NCBI GenBank assembly: GCA_963706025.1
Contig: CAVPLM010000003.1
Coordinates: 128,001 to 192,000, forward strand
Direction: 5' to 3'
DNA: 64,000 nt
DNA from: an uncultured Actinomycetes bacterium
GTDB taxonomy: Bacteria; Actinomycetota; Thermoleophilia; RBG-16-64-13
A program made the translations under genes and the position numbers. Below the pieces are notes generated by a model that was not told the DNA's origin, did no database searches, and saw nothing but the letters and a program-made list of their open reading frames with translations. Below are positions 1-9,730 of the stretch, in pieces; within the stretch, counting starts at the first letter, position 1, and the number at the start of each line of letters is the position of its first letter.

Positions 1-603
1 AAGCGCGCGTCCATGACCCTCGGAGAGGGCGCCATTCGCCAGCGATTCCTGTATGACCGCCGGGAGCTCGAGCAACCGCATCTTGTTCGCGATCGCCGAG
101 CGGCTCTTGCCTACCCGAGCGGCAAGACTCTCCTGGGTCACCCCAAGGTCCTCGAACAACACCCGCAGGGCATACGCCTCGTCAACCGGGTTCAGCTGTT
201 GGCGAACCACGTTCTCCACCAGGGCCAGCTCGAGGCTCTCCACATCGGAAGCGTTGCGGATGATCGCAGGGATGACCGTATACCCGGCTTGTTGAGCGGC
301 ACGCCACCGGCGTTCCCCCGCGATAAGTTCGTACCCGTCCTCGACTTTTCGGACGATCACGGGCTGGACGACGCCGACCGAAGCGATCGACATGGCCAGT
401 TCCTCGAGGGCGGCAGGTTCGAACACGCGACGGGGCTGCCTCGGGTTGCGTCTGATCACGCGAACAGAAAGGTCGACGATGCCCGTGTCGCTCGTGGGCC
501 CCGACGCCGCAGCCGCGGCCTCTTCTGTGAGACTTACTCCTTCCTCGACCCCTTCGCCGAGAAGAGCAGCCAGTCCTCTGCCTAGAGCCGGTCGTTTAGC
601 CAT
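1..603 (-). CDS. parB: ParB/Spo0J chromosome partitioning protein (3' end runs off window)
   Basis: Not in ORF track; hand translation from ATG at 603 gives MAKRPALGRGLAALL..., box II ELIAGERRWRAAQQAG and HTH ARVGKSRSAIANKMRLL; overlaps parA stop. Confidence 0.95.
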   Translation of the reverse strand, partial: MAKRPALGRGLAALLGEGVEEGVSLTEEAAAAASGPTSDTGIVDLSVRVIRRNPRQPRRVFEPAALEELAMSIASVGVVQPVIVRKVEDGYELIAGERRWRAAQQAGYTVIPAIIRNASDVESLELALVENVVRQQLNPVDEAYALRVLFEDLGVTQESLAARVGKSRSAIANKMRLLELPAVIQESLANGALSEGHGRAL

Positions 604-1360
604 TGCTGACAACCTCCAAAGCAAGATCGAAATAGGCATCGGATCCGACACAATGTGGATCCCACATCGATACGGGGAGCCCATGGCTGGGCGCTTCAGC
701 CAGTCGGACATTGCGCGGCACCATGGTGCTGAAGGCCAGGTTCGGGAAGTGGGTACGGATCTCCAGCTCCACTTGCCGGGCGAGCGTGGTCCTAAGATCC
801 ATCATGGTCAGCACCAACCCCGCTATCCTCAACGCAGGATTGAGGCGCTCTTTCACCGCCGTAATGGTCGAGATCAGCTGGGCCAAGCCCTCAAGAGCGT
901 AGTACTCGGCCTGAACCGGGATTATCACTTGGTCGGTGGCCACGAGGGAATTGATCGTGAGCAGGCCCAGGGAAGGCGGACAGTCGATGAACGTGTAGCG
1001 GTACTTGGATTCCAGATCCACATGCCCGCTCAGAGCGTCTCTCAGCCGCAACTCCCGCCTCTCGAGAGCCGGAAGCAGCACACTGGCTCCAGCCATATCG
1101 GGAGACGAGGGAGCCACGTCCAGACCCGGTACACATGATTCCCTGATTATCGAGGCAAGATCGTGCTCTCCCATGAGGACCTCGAGCATGCTCGGTTCAC
1201 CTTTGGGGACGCGGACCCCCACGCCGTGGGATGCGTTCGCCTGCGAGTCCATATCGACCAGCAAGACCCGCACCCCCGATTGGGCGAGGCTCGCCGCCAG
1301 GTTGATGGCCGTGGTGGTCTTCCCCACCCCGCCCTTCTGATTCGCGATGGCGTAGATCAG
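596..1360 (-). CDS. parA: ParA/Soj ATPase
   Basis: IYAIANQKGGVGKTTT deviant Walker A, IDCPPSLG, PRNVRLAEAPSHG; start extended to CTG at 1360 (in-frame TAG five codons upstream). Confidence 0.95.
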   Translation of the reverse strand: MIYAIANQKGGVGKTTTAINLAASLAQSGVRVLLVDMDSQANASHGVGVRVPKGEPSMLEVLMGEHDLASIIRESCVPGLDVAPSSPDMAGASVLLPALERRELRLRDALSGHVDLESKYRYTFIDCPPSLGLLTINSLVATDQVIIPVQAEYYALEGLAQLISTITAVKERLNPALRIAGLVLTMMDLRTTLARQVELEIRTHFPNLAFSTMVPRNVRLAEAPSHGLPVSMWDPHCVGSDAYFDLALEVVSNG

Positions 1361-1469
1361 AGTCGTGCCTTTCTACGAGCAGGTGCTTCTGCACCGGCAA
1401 GGTCTCCGTTCGGGCCCGGCTGCACGCTACGACGAGCCTTCGCGCTAGACGCCTGCGACCTCCGCATCC

Positions 1470-2171
1470 TCAGCTACCAAGAGGACGTTTTCCGGGTATC
1501 CCCGGCCGACGTGGATATCGGTCTGGTGTCGGGCGAGTTTTGCGGGCAAGATATGCCAGGCGATTCTCCGCGCCTTGGAACGGCCGCAACCGCACTACCT
1601 CCATGGACCCAGAGCCCAGTATACCCAGAGCTGCCTCAGCGTGAATACGCTCTTGGTCCGATATCGTCCCCTTCATGGCCACCATTGTGCCCCCCTCGAC
1701 GAGTAGCGGGAGCGACAACTCGGCCACCACCGGCAGCGCAGCCAACGCCCTCGATACGACCACATCATGTGCCTCGCGACCTTGGTTACGGCCGTACTCT
1801 TCCGCCCGGGCCCACCGGACCTCGACGTTTGTGAGAGAAAGCGCCTCAGCAGCCCGCTCGATGTGAGCGCACTTCTTGCGCTGCGACTCCACCGCCACGA
1901 CGTGCACTAGGGGACGGGCTAGGGCAAGGACGAGGGCAGGAAGGCCGGCTCCCGAACCGAGGTCGGCCAAGCGCTTCGCCGATGAGACGCACTCCAGATC
2001 AAGGAGCGAGAGCGAATCAAGGAAATGCACGCGCTCGACCTCTCGAGAGTCTGTCACCCCGGTCACATTGAACCCGGCTCCCAGTATGAAGTCGCCCAGG
2101 AGAGCAAGCCGCTGCTGGGCCCGTTGATCGAGCCCGCGCTCCGCATAGGCCTGTAACTCAGTAAGCTCCAA
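1470..2171 (-). CDS. rsmG: 16S rRNA m7G527 methyltransferase
   Basis: HFLDSL, DLGSGAGLP SAM motif, DVVVSRA, YPRRPG tail; canonical position after mnmG. Confidence 0.95.
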   Translation of the reverse strand: MELTELQAYAERGLDQRAQQRLALLGDFILGAGFNVTGVTDSREVERVHFLDSLSLLDLECVSSAKRLADLGSGAGLPALVLALARPLVHVVAVESQRKKCAHIERAAEALSLTNVEVRWARAEEYGRNQGREAHDVVVSRALAALPVVAELSLPLLVEGGTMVAMKGTISDQERIHAEAALGILGSGSMEVVRLRPFQGAENRLAYLARKTRPTPDRYPRRPGIPGKRPLGS

Positions 2172-2183
2172 ATCGCCGCCCGG

Positions 2184-4139
2184 TCAGCGATCGAGAGGGG
2201 CCGGCTCCGCGCGGAGGCCCATACCGCCCGGGTTCTTGCTGGACCGGTTCTTGCTGGACCGGTGCAGGTGTACGAGCAGGACGGACACGTCGGCAGGGGA
2301 CACTCCCGGGATCCGCGAGGCCTGTCCAAGAGTCCCGGGACGCAGCCGGTTCAGCTTGTCCTTCGCCTCCCATGTAAGCCCTTCCAAGGACCAGTAGTCG
2401 AAACTCGCCGGGATCTGCAGCGTCTCGGTCGCGCGGTGCCGCCTTACTTCAGCCATCTGTCGCCGGATGTAGCCCTCGTATCTCGCCTGGATCGCAAGCT
2501 GCTCTACCACATCAGGAGAAGCGGACGAGATGCGATCGCAGTCCTCCTTTGACACGAGACGGAGCAAATCCTCGAAAGAAACCTGCGGTCGTCTGAGGAT
2601 CTTGGCTGCAGCCTGGGACTCCTCCAGGGGGGCGGTTCCGAGTGCTTCAAGGAGCGTATCTGTCGTATCGCTCGATTTGACCTGGACCGCGTCCAACAGA
2701 TCCGAGTACTCCTTGATCTTGCGCTGCTTCTCTTCAACCAGCGAGAGCTGCTCGGCGGTGAGTAGCCCCAGAGCGTGCCCTAGAGATGAAAGCCGCTCGG
2801 CGGCGTTGTCGTGGCGCAAAAGAAGACGGTATTCGGCTCGAGAAGTGAACATCCGGTAGGGCTCGTCTACTCCCTTCGTGACCAGATCGTCGATTAGGAC
2901 GCCGATGTAGGCTTGGTCTCTGCGCAGGATGAAGGGGGGCTGGTTTCGAGCATGGAGGGCAGCGTTGATTCCCGCCATCAGACCCTGCGCAGCAGCCTCC
3001 TCGTAGCCCGAGGTTCCATTGACCTGTCCGGCAGAAAAGAGCCCTTTCACCGCTCTTGCCTGCAGCGAAAGCGCCAGCTGCTCAGGAGGGAGGTAGTCAT
3101 ATTCGACGGCGTAGCCGGGCCGCACCAGCCGGGCCCTTTCCAGGCCAGGAGTGGCGTGGATGATCAGTTCTTGCACAAACACCGGGAGACTGGTCGTCAA
3201 TCCCTGGAGATACATCTCCTGCGTGGTCACACCCTCTGGCTCTACGAACACCGGATGGTGTTCCTTCTCGGGGAAGTTGATCAGTTTGCGGTCTATCGAA
3301 GGACAATAGCGAGGTCCCTTTCCACTGACGGAACCGCTCTTCAGCGGACTGAGATGGAGATGTTTGGCTACGACCTCGTGGGTCGCGGGGGTGGTATGGG
3401 TCAGAAAGCAAGGCACCTGCCGGCGAGGAGCCGGAGCGTGCCAATGCGAGAAGCACAGATCATCAGAATCACCGGCCTGCAGCGCCATGCGCTCTCTATC
3501 GATGGTCGTCCCGTCGATGCGAGGTGGTGTCGCGGATTGAAACCTATCGAGCGTCAGACCGACCTCGACCAAACTCTGAGAAAGGCGTTGGGCCGGGAGT
3601 TCGCCCACTCTCCCAGCCGCGTAGCTTCGGTCGCCAATAACGACTTTGCCTCGCAAGAAGGTGCCGGTGGCCAGAACCACGGCTTGCGTTCGCAACCGGC
3701 GGCCGTCGGCCAGTTCCACCGCCCTGATTGTTTCACGTGAAACATCAAGAGCTGCCGCCTCACCCTGGACCAGGTCGAGACCCGGCGTTCGCGCGAGCGT
3801 GAGCTTCATCCAGTCCTCGTAGAGTCGCTTGTCGGCCTGAGCCCGCAAGGCTCTGACCGCCGGCCCCTTGGAAGTGTTCAACATCTTGATCTGAATGAAC
3901 GAGCGATCGATGTTCCGCCCCTGTTCCCCGCCCAGCGCATCGATCTCGCGCGTCAGTTGACCCTTGCCGACCCCCCCCACTGCCGGGTTGCACGGCATGA
4001 GGGCGATGTTGTCAAGGTGGAGCGTGACCAGTGCGGTGCGGCAGCCCATGCGTGCCGATGCCAGCGCTGCCTCGCAACCGGCATGCCCGCCACCCACTAC
4101 GACGACGTCGTACGTCCACTCTCCGTATGTCGAGATCAC
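2184..4139 (-). CDS. mnmG: tRNA uridine-5-carboxymethylaminomethyl modification enzyme MnmG/GidA
   Basis: GGGHAG FAD motif, MPCNPAVGG, SKGPAV, GPRYCPSI, GQVNGTSGYEEAAAQG; start placed at GTG 4139 (GGAGG upstream, GTGA overlap with upstream stop). Confidence 0.97.
   Translation of the reverse strand: MISTYGEWTYDVVVVGGGHAGCEAALASARMGCRTALVTLHLDNIALMPCNPAVGGVGKGQLTREIDALGGEQGRNIDRSFIQIKMLNTSKGPAVRALRAQADKRLYEDWMKLTLARTPGLDLVQGEAAALDVSRETIRAVELADGRRLRTQAVVLATGTFLRGKVVIGDRSYAAGRVGELPAQRLSQSLVEVGLTLDRFQSATPPRIDGTTIDRERMALQAGDSDDLCFSHWHAPAPRRQVPCFLTHTTPATHEVVAKHLHLSPLKSGSVSGKGPRYCPSIDRKLINFPEKEHHPVFVEPEGVTTQEMYLQGLTTSLPVFVQELIIHATPGLERARLVRPGYAVEYDYLPPEQLALSLQARAVKGLFSAGQVNGTSGYEEAAAQGLMAGINAALHARNQPPFILRRDQAYIGVLIDDLVTKGVDEPYRMFTSRAEYRLLLRHDNAAERLSSLGHALGLLTAEQLSLVEEKQRKIKEYSDLLDAVQVKSSDTTDTLLEALGTAPLEESQAAAKILRRPQVSFEDLLRLVSKEDCDRISSASPDVVEQLAIQARYEGYIRRQMAEVRRHRATETLQIPASFDYWSLEGLTWEAKDKLNRLRPGTLGQASRIPGVSPADVSVLLVHLHRSSKNRSSKNPGGMGLRAEPAPLDR
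3729..3744. other. parS centromere site
   Basis: Perfect palindrome TGTTTCACGTGAAACA, identical to the bacterial parS consensus, inside mnmG and about 2.4 kb from parA. Confidence 0.93.
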
Positions 4140-5749
4140 CCGATGATCCCTCCCTGCGTTCCAGGCTGCGATGCTGCGTTTGGCCGCCCCGAGGCAGGAA
4201 AGCAGCAGCAACCAGGCGGGCCGCCGAAGAGCGACGCCCCGGCACCACCGCAGTAACGGCTTTTGCTTTGGCTCCCTGAGTCGACCCGGCTATTGATCCC
4301 GCAGCACGCCTTCACGTCCTCGGCGCCGACTTCGGCGGCGCCATCGTTTCGACAGGAATCGCCGTCTCGCTCGCCAGGGTCGCTCACTTCCGGGTCGGGG
4401 CAGTCACTTGTACCTCTGACTTCGCCGCCCCTCTTCAACAGCGCTCGTGCCACCGCGGCGCCGACGAGCGCCCCCGATCTGAGACTGCCCAGATAGGTCG
4501 AGGCACCCGCCGCCCTTCCGGCCACCCATACCGGAGGTCTTTCCCCCGATTCGAGTACCAGCCTACCATCCGGCCCAAGGTTCTCTACGACTCGCGCACG
4601 CACTGTATGCTCGAGGCGGCTCGCGAGCGCGCCTTCACTGCCGCCTGCTCCGGGTTCCCCGAGGATTCCAGCAGCCGCACCGTGGAGAGCGCGCTCTCCT
4701 TCGGGAGAGAGATGGATCTCGGCTGTGGCCCTCCCATCAGAAGACACCAGCGGTACCGGCACCCCGTCATCTCCTTCGGCAACGATCATCTGGTCGATCG
4801 GGAGCTCTTCACTCCAATGTACGGCCGGCGGATAGGATCGAGGCCAGCGGCTGCTCGAGCCGTCCATGCCCTCAATATCGCTCGTGGAGGACCCAACCGA
4901 AAAGGCCTCCGCCAAGACCCGTCGAGCCTCTTCCAGTCCCGGCCGTTCATCGCCCGGATGACAGATCCCAGCCCCTCCCGCAAACGTACGGACGGCGACC
5001 ATCTTTTCCGTTCTTTGGCCCGAGTTCGCCTCCGCGACGAACTCGACCAGCCCCGCGACCGTGCTCGGAAAACGCGCCCCCACTTCAAGGGCAACTTCAC
5101 CGAACGACGCTCCCAAGGCCTCCAGCGCGCTCCTTAGCCCATCTGCGGGGGTCTCGCCGTACCGCCCTCCGCGCGGCGAGTCTGCTCCCACGGTGATGCA
5201 CCCGCCAAGTCCAAGCCCAACAGCTATGATGACTGCATCGGCTTCGAGTATCTCCCCAAACACCGTCTCAACTGCGGCCCTGGCCGGTTGTTCTTCTTTC
5301 GAGTCCGAGGAATCCTGCGAATCCTGGTGTTGACAGAACTCGATTCTCAAATCGGTCGCCAGACCCTGCCTGAACTGGAGCCCCGGCATCCGTTCCAGAG
5401 TCCGCTTCGTCTCGATGCTGACCGCGCGCCTATCAACGATCAGCACGGGAACCCCACTCTCGGGCGCCACGGCCGAACTCAGCCAGGCCTGTCGCAGAGC
5501 GACGGGCAACATGCCCATGATCTCAGCGATCTCGCGCCAACCACTTGGTCCTGCCGCTATCTCCGGACCGTACCCAGGCAGGTTCACTCTATCCAGAGCG
5601 CTGTTGAGAAGCGTCACCTGCACTCCTTCGCCGGCAAGGACGGCCGCGCACGCGCAACCGGAGACCCCCGCTCCGACTACGACCGCAGTCGGCTGCTCTC
5701 GCGATCTCAGCCGCGTTTCTGCTGCTGGTCTCTGCACAGAGCCCTCCAC
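4136..5749 (-). CDS. Divergent MnmG/GidA-like FAD-binding protein
   Basis: VVVGAGVSGCACA Rossmann motif, GRYGETPADGLRSAL (cf. MnmG GRVGELPAQRLSQSL), VWVAGRAAGASTY (cf. FSAGQVNGTSGY). Confidence 0.75.
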   Translation of the reverse strand: MEGSVQRPAAETRLRSREQPTAVVVGAGVSGCACAAVLAGEGVQVTLLNSALDRVNLPGYGPEIAAGPSGWREIAEIMGMLPVALRQAWLSSAVAPESGVPVLIVDRRAVSIETKRTLERMPGLQFRQGLATDLRIEFCQHQDSQDSSDSKEEQPARAAVETVFGEILEADAVIIAVGLGLGGCITVGADSPRGGRYGETPADGLRSALEALGASFGEVALEVGARFPSTVAGLVEFVAEANSGQRTEKMVAVRTFAGGAGICHPGDERPGLEEARRVLAEAFSVGSSTSDIEGMDGSSSRWPRSYPPAVHWSEELPIDQMIVAEGDDGVPVPLVSSDGRATAEIHLSPEGERALHGAAAGILGEPGAGGSEGALASRLEHTVRARVVENLGPDGRLVLESGERPPVWVAGRAAGASTYLGSLRSGALVGAAVARALLKRGGEVRGTSDCPDPEVSDPGERDGDSCRNDGAAEVGAEDVKACCGINSRVDSGSQSKSRYCGGAGASLFGGPPGCCCFPASGRPNAASQPGTQGGIIG

Positions 5750-7384
5750 TACTTGCCCAGGCAGAATCGGCTGAAGATCTCGTCCAACAGATCAGGGGTC
5801 AGGTCCTCGCCCGTCATGCGCCCCAGTGCTTGCGCTGCCGCCCTGATGTCCTCGCAGACGAGCTCTTCGTCCCTGTGCTGGCTGGCGCCCGATAGCGCCG
5901 CCTCGCTGCAACCCAGGGCTTCGGCTACGAGAGCGCGTTGACGCTCCGTGGCCAGCACCGGCTCTTCAAGGTGCAGCCCCTCGCCGCCCGTGATGATTCG
6001 CTGAATGACGACGCGCAGGTCTTCCAGGCCCTCTCCCGTCAGAGCGGAGACTACACAGTCGTATCGTGCGTTCGTGCCGACATCACCGATGCCCAGGGAG
6101 GGCATACGCGCACCGGCACCCTTCCGCGCTCCCCCTCCCAATGACCCCTGGTCCTCCAAGAGGTCGTTCACGACATCGGTTCCTCTGCCCCGTATGAGAT
6201 CGCTCTTGTTCCCTACCATGATCGATCGAACCGGATCAAGGCTCTCGAACAGCTTGGTGTCGGCCTCATCCCAGGGAGCCGAGAGATCGAACACGGCCAG
6301 TACGAGGTCTGCCTGTTCCATGGCCCGCACGGAACGCTCCACTCCCAGTTGCTCCACCTGGTCACCACCACTCCGCATCCCCGCGGTGTCGACCAAGTGA
6401 ATGGGGATGCCCCCGATCTCCATGAGCTCCTCCACCGTGTCGCGTGTCGTTCCAGGTATATCCGACACGATAGCCCGTTCCCTCATGAGGAGAGCGTTCA
6501 GAAGAGAGCTCTTGCCCACGTTGGGTTTGCCAACGATGGCGGTCCTCACCCCTTGTTCCAGCGCGCGGCCTACGAAGGCGGTGCGCAGTAGGTGCGCCAG
6601 CTCATCGCGCACGGAGCTCAGGCCTTCCGCCAGCGACTCCCAATCCAGCGAGTCCACATCCTCGTCGGAGAAATCCACCGTGGCTTCAATGTGCGCAAGA
6701 AGAACCACCAATTCTCTGCGCAGGGAACGAAGCTTGTCCGAAAGCCCACCCTCCAACTGGCGCACCGATACCCTCAACGCTCCCGAGCTGCGCGCGGCAA
6801 CGATCGCAGCCACGCTCTCGGCTTGAGTCAGATCGATCCGCCCATTCAGGAAGGCCCGCCGCGTGAATTCCCCCGGCTCCGCGAGCCGGGCCCCCAGACG
6901 GACCATCAACCGCAGCACGGCCCGCTGCGCGGCCAGGCCCCCGTGGGAATGAAACTCGACTACATCCTCACGGGTGTACGAGCGCGGAGCCCGCATGACT
7001 GCCAGGAGGACCTCGTCAACGGGCACGCCGTCATCAGGGTCCACGACTCTTCCGTACAGCAGGCGGTACGTCTCCCCCTTGATCCAAAGGCATACCCCGA
7101 GCAGGGTGGAAAGCGGACTCGGCGATCGAGATCGCCCCCGGCCCGCTCATCCGCACGATACCGATGGCTCCTAGTCCGGTAGCCGTCGACACAGCAACGA
7201 TGGTGTCTTCGCCCCAGCCTGCATCTTCAGGCTCGGCTTCACCCGCCGCTGGCTCGTCCACCACTTTGGGCTCCTCCGCCGCCATCGGCTCGTCCACCAC
7301 TTTGGGCTCCTCCGCCGCTGCGGGCTCGTCTGCCGCGGTCGGCTGTGCGGTGAGGTTCTTCTGATCACCGGGCGCGTGGGACAT
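5749..7384 (-). CDS. mnmE: tRNA modification GTPase MnmE/TrmE (one frameshift near 7075)
   Basis: N-terminal EDTIVAVST...GIVRMSG in ORF 7034..7618; GKPNVGKS, GTTRD, DTAG, NKSD and terminal FCLGK in ORF 5749..7044; frames join in a G run. Confidence 0.93.
7251..7318. repeat. 36-bp-period tandem duplication encoding AAEEPKVVDEP twice in the MnmE N-terminal extension
   Basis: GGCTCGTCCACCACTTTGGGCTCCTCCGCCGC at 7251 and 7287. Confidence 0.9.
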
Positions 7385-7668
7385 CTGACTTTCTTCTCGC
7401 TGGTTTGCGTTTCTCGGTGATTCTTGGCGGTTCTTGCAGTCGGGCGGATCCTGGGGCTGAGATGATGCCAGAAAACGCGCTAGGCGACCACAAACGCGCG
7501 CCCCCCGGATGCGGACGGGTACGCGTCCGCATCCACGGTTCAGCCGATCACGGCATGCTTCCGCTACTCGGAATGCACCCGTCGGCAAACCGGCACCAGC
7601 TGGCAAACCGGAGGCCACTTAGAGACGCCGGCGCACTTCTCGGAGCAACCTCGCAGGTGGAAGACCGC

Positions 7669-7749
7669 CTCGCGCGCCTCACACGACTCGCGCGCCTCAC
7701 ACGACTCGCAGGCCTCGCACGCCTCGCGGGCCTCGCACGACTCGCGGTT
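7669..7749. repeat. Intergenic minisatellite, nine 9-bp units (CTCRCRnnn)
   Basis: ctcgcgcgc ctcacacga ctcgcgcgc ctcacacga ctcgcaggc ctcgcacgc ctcgcgggc ctcgcacga ctcgcggtt. Confidence 0.85.
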
Positions 7750-7777
7750 GCCTCACGCAAGCCGCCTAACCACGAGG

Positions 7778-8614
7778 TCAACGCACGGGCGAGATCACCA
7801 CCGAACGGTTGGGTTCCCGCCCCTGGCTGGCCGTGACCACGTCATTTCGACCCTTCAGCGAGAGATGGACGATCTTCCGTTCGGCTGGGCTCATGGGGGC
7901 GAGCTCCACCGGCCTGCCTCGCTTGATAGCTTCCTGGGCCTTGCGAAGAGCTACCCGCTCGATCTGTTGCCGCCGCCGTTCCTTGTAGCCCTCAGCGTCT
8001 AACTCCACATGCTTGCGCCGTGCGTGCGCCCCAGGGAACACGGCGATGCTCGCGAGATACTCCACGGCGTCGATCGTCTGTCCTCGGCGGCCGATAAGGA
8101 TACCCAGGTCCTCCCCGGTGATTTCCGCACGCAGTTCATCGGGGGTTTCGCTGAGGCGCACCTTCGCGGTAAGTCCGAGCTCCGTCACCAAGCGTTGCAG
8201 AAACGCGCGCAAGCGCTCGGCCTCCGCGCTGTCGGCCAACCCGTCTTCGCGATCGCTTTGATCGCCTGCCTCGGCATAGCTGTCGTCGTATTCTTCGCTC
8301 TCTTCGTAATCGACTTCGGATCCGTCGACGAGCAGTTCCGCCGGCTGGGCATCTGCCCCAGGACCGTAGAAATCGAACACTTCGTCCACGAGCGCGACCT
8401 CAACGATGGCATCGACGGCGCCCGCTCCCATGAACCCCTCCTCCGGAGGGATCACGATGGTAACTTCGTATTGGTCCTCAGCTAGCTCTCCCGGCGCGAA
8501 ATCAAGTTCGGCCAGAGCTCTTTGGACGGCCTGCTCCACTGTTCGGCCGCTGGCCTTTGCTACCTGTTGTCTTCCTTTGCGTCCCTGGTTTCTTGCCACT
8601 GCTCTTGCCTCCAC
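7778..8614 (-). CDS. jag: Jag/KhpB/EloR RNA-binding protein (Jag_N, KH, R3H)
   Basis: GRTVEQAVQRALAEL, LIGRRGQTIDAVEYL (KH), MSPAERKIVH (R3H); exact start uncertain (GTG 8614 or the next GTG). Confidence 0.92.
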   Translation of the reverse strand: MEARAVARNQGRKGRQQVAKASGRTVEQAVQRALAELDFAPGELAEDQYEVTIVIPPEEGFMGAGAVDAIVEVALVDEVFDFYGPGADAQPAELLVDGSEVDYEESEEYDDSYAEAGDQSDREDGLADSAEAERLRAFLQRLVTELGLTAKVRLSETPDELRAEITGEDLGILIGRRGQTIDAVEYLASIAVFPGAHARRKHVELDAEGYKERRRQQIERVALRKAQEAIKRGRPVELAPMSPAERKIVHLSLKGRNDVVTASQGREPNRSVVISPVR

Positions 8615-9392
8615 TCTTCCCAGCCGAAGCCGGTGGCGTCACGGCGGTCCCCTTGGGCTTCGCAGCCTTCTCCTTGGCTGGAACCGCAACGATCGGCACC
8701 GGGCGTGGCATGACCTTCTCGGCGGTGAACTGCTGAGCTATAGTCCACAAGTTCGATGTGAACCAATAGATCATTAAACCTGCAGGCCACTTACCTATGT
8801 ACATGAAGATTCCAACGATGATCGGCATGAAATAGGCAATCATCTTTTGTTGACCAGGGCTCTTCCTGGCGGTTTGCCAAGAAGCAACAAACTGGCTTGC
8901 AATATAGAGGAACATCAAAATAATACTGAACTTGGTGATATCGGGTATCCACAACCAACTTACAGGGTAATCGGGAGAACCCGGAGCGAACGCGCCGGCC
9001 GCGGAGCCAACGGCACCCTCCGCTACTGTTTTCCCCGCGTTGTTCAGCATGATGAAGAGCCCAAAGAAGACGGGAAGCTGGAGCAGCAAGGGGAGACAGG
9101 AGCTGAAGGGGCTGACCTTGTTCTCCTGGTAGAATTCCATGGTCTTCTGGTTCAGCAGTTGGCGATCATTCTTGTACTTCTCCTGCAATGCCTTTATCTC
9201 CGGCTGCAGGGCCTGCATCGCCCGCATGCTCTTGATCTGGCGCCACGTCAACGGAATAAGGGCGATCCGAACGATCACCGTGAGTAGCACGATCGACCAA
9301 GACCAGTTGATCCCCAGGTTCTCGTGCAGGAACGTGAGGATGTAGAAGAAGAAATCTGCGAGCGGCGAAAAGAGATTGTAGATGCTCTGCAT
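8502..9392 (-). CDS. yidC: Membrane protein insertase YidC/Oxa1
   Basis: WSIVLLTVIVRIALIPL, LQPEIKALQEKYK, CLPLLLQLPVF, PAGLMIYW. Confidence 0.95.
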   Translation of the reverse strand: MQSIYNLFSPLADFFFYILTFLHENLGINWSWSIVLLTVIVRIALIPLTWRQIKSMRAMQALQPEIKALQEKYKNDRQLLNQKTMEFYQENKVSPFSSCLPLLLQLPVFFGLFIMLNNAGKTVAEGAVGSAAGAFAPGSPDYPVSWLWIPDITKFSIILMFLYIASQFVASWQTARKSPGQQKMIAYFMPIIVGIFMYIGKWPAGLMIYWFTSNLWTIAQQFTAEKVMPRPVPIVAVPAKEKAAKPKGTAVTPPASAGKSGGKSSGKKPGTQRKTTGSKGQRPNSGAGRPKSSGRT

Positions 9393-9400
9393 GCCGCCCC

Positions 9401-9730
9401 CTAAGCCGTCCCCGTCCGGTGACGTCTCAGCCCGCGCTTCCGCGGCATCGCCCGGGGACCACCCGGGTCCTCCCTGGGACGAGAAGCAAATAGGGTCTGA
9501 CGTTCAACCGGGTCATATCCCCCGTGGCTCAGCGGGTTGCACCGCAGAACACGCCACGAAGCCAGTACGAAACCGCGCAACACGCCGTATTCCGTAATCG
9601 CATCGATCGCGTACTGCGAGCAGGACGGGTAGTACCTGCACCGCCCCGGCAGCCCAGGCGAGATGAAGGTCTGGTAGCCGCGAACGCCCCAGACCAAGAC
9701 GATCCTGACCGGATTCCAACGGCCGATCAC
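9401..9730 (-). CDS. yidD: Membrane protein insertion efficiency factor YidD
   Basis: CRYYPSCSQYA...RVLRCNPLSHGGYDPV. Confidence 0.95.
   Translation of the reverse strand: MIGRWNPVRIVLVWGVRGYQTFISPGLPGRCRYYPSCSQYAIDAITEYGVLRGFVLASWRVLRCNPLSHGGYDPVERQTLFASRPREDPGGPRAMPRKRGLRRHRTGTA

Noticed and set aside
7070-7082. Programmed frameshift or phase-variable tract in mnmE
   Set aside because: Short G run in a housekeeping gene within an indel-rich assembly; error is more parsimonious
7584-7615. GGCAAACCGG twice, resembling a c-di-GMP-I riboswitch
   Set aside because: No GAAA tetraloop/receptor or P1 stem, and it is on the strand opposite the flanking genes
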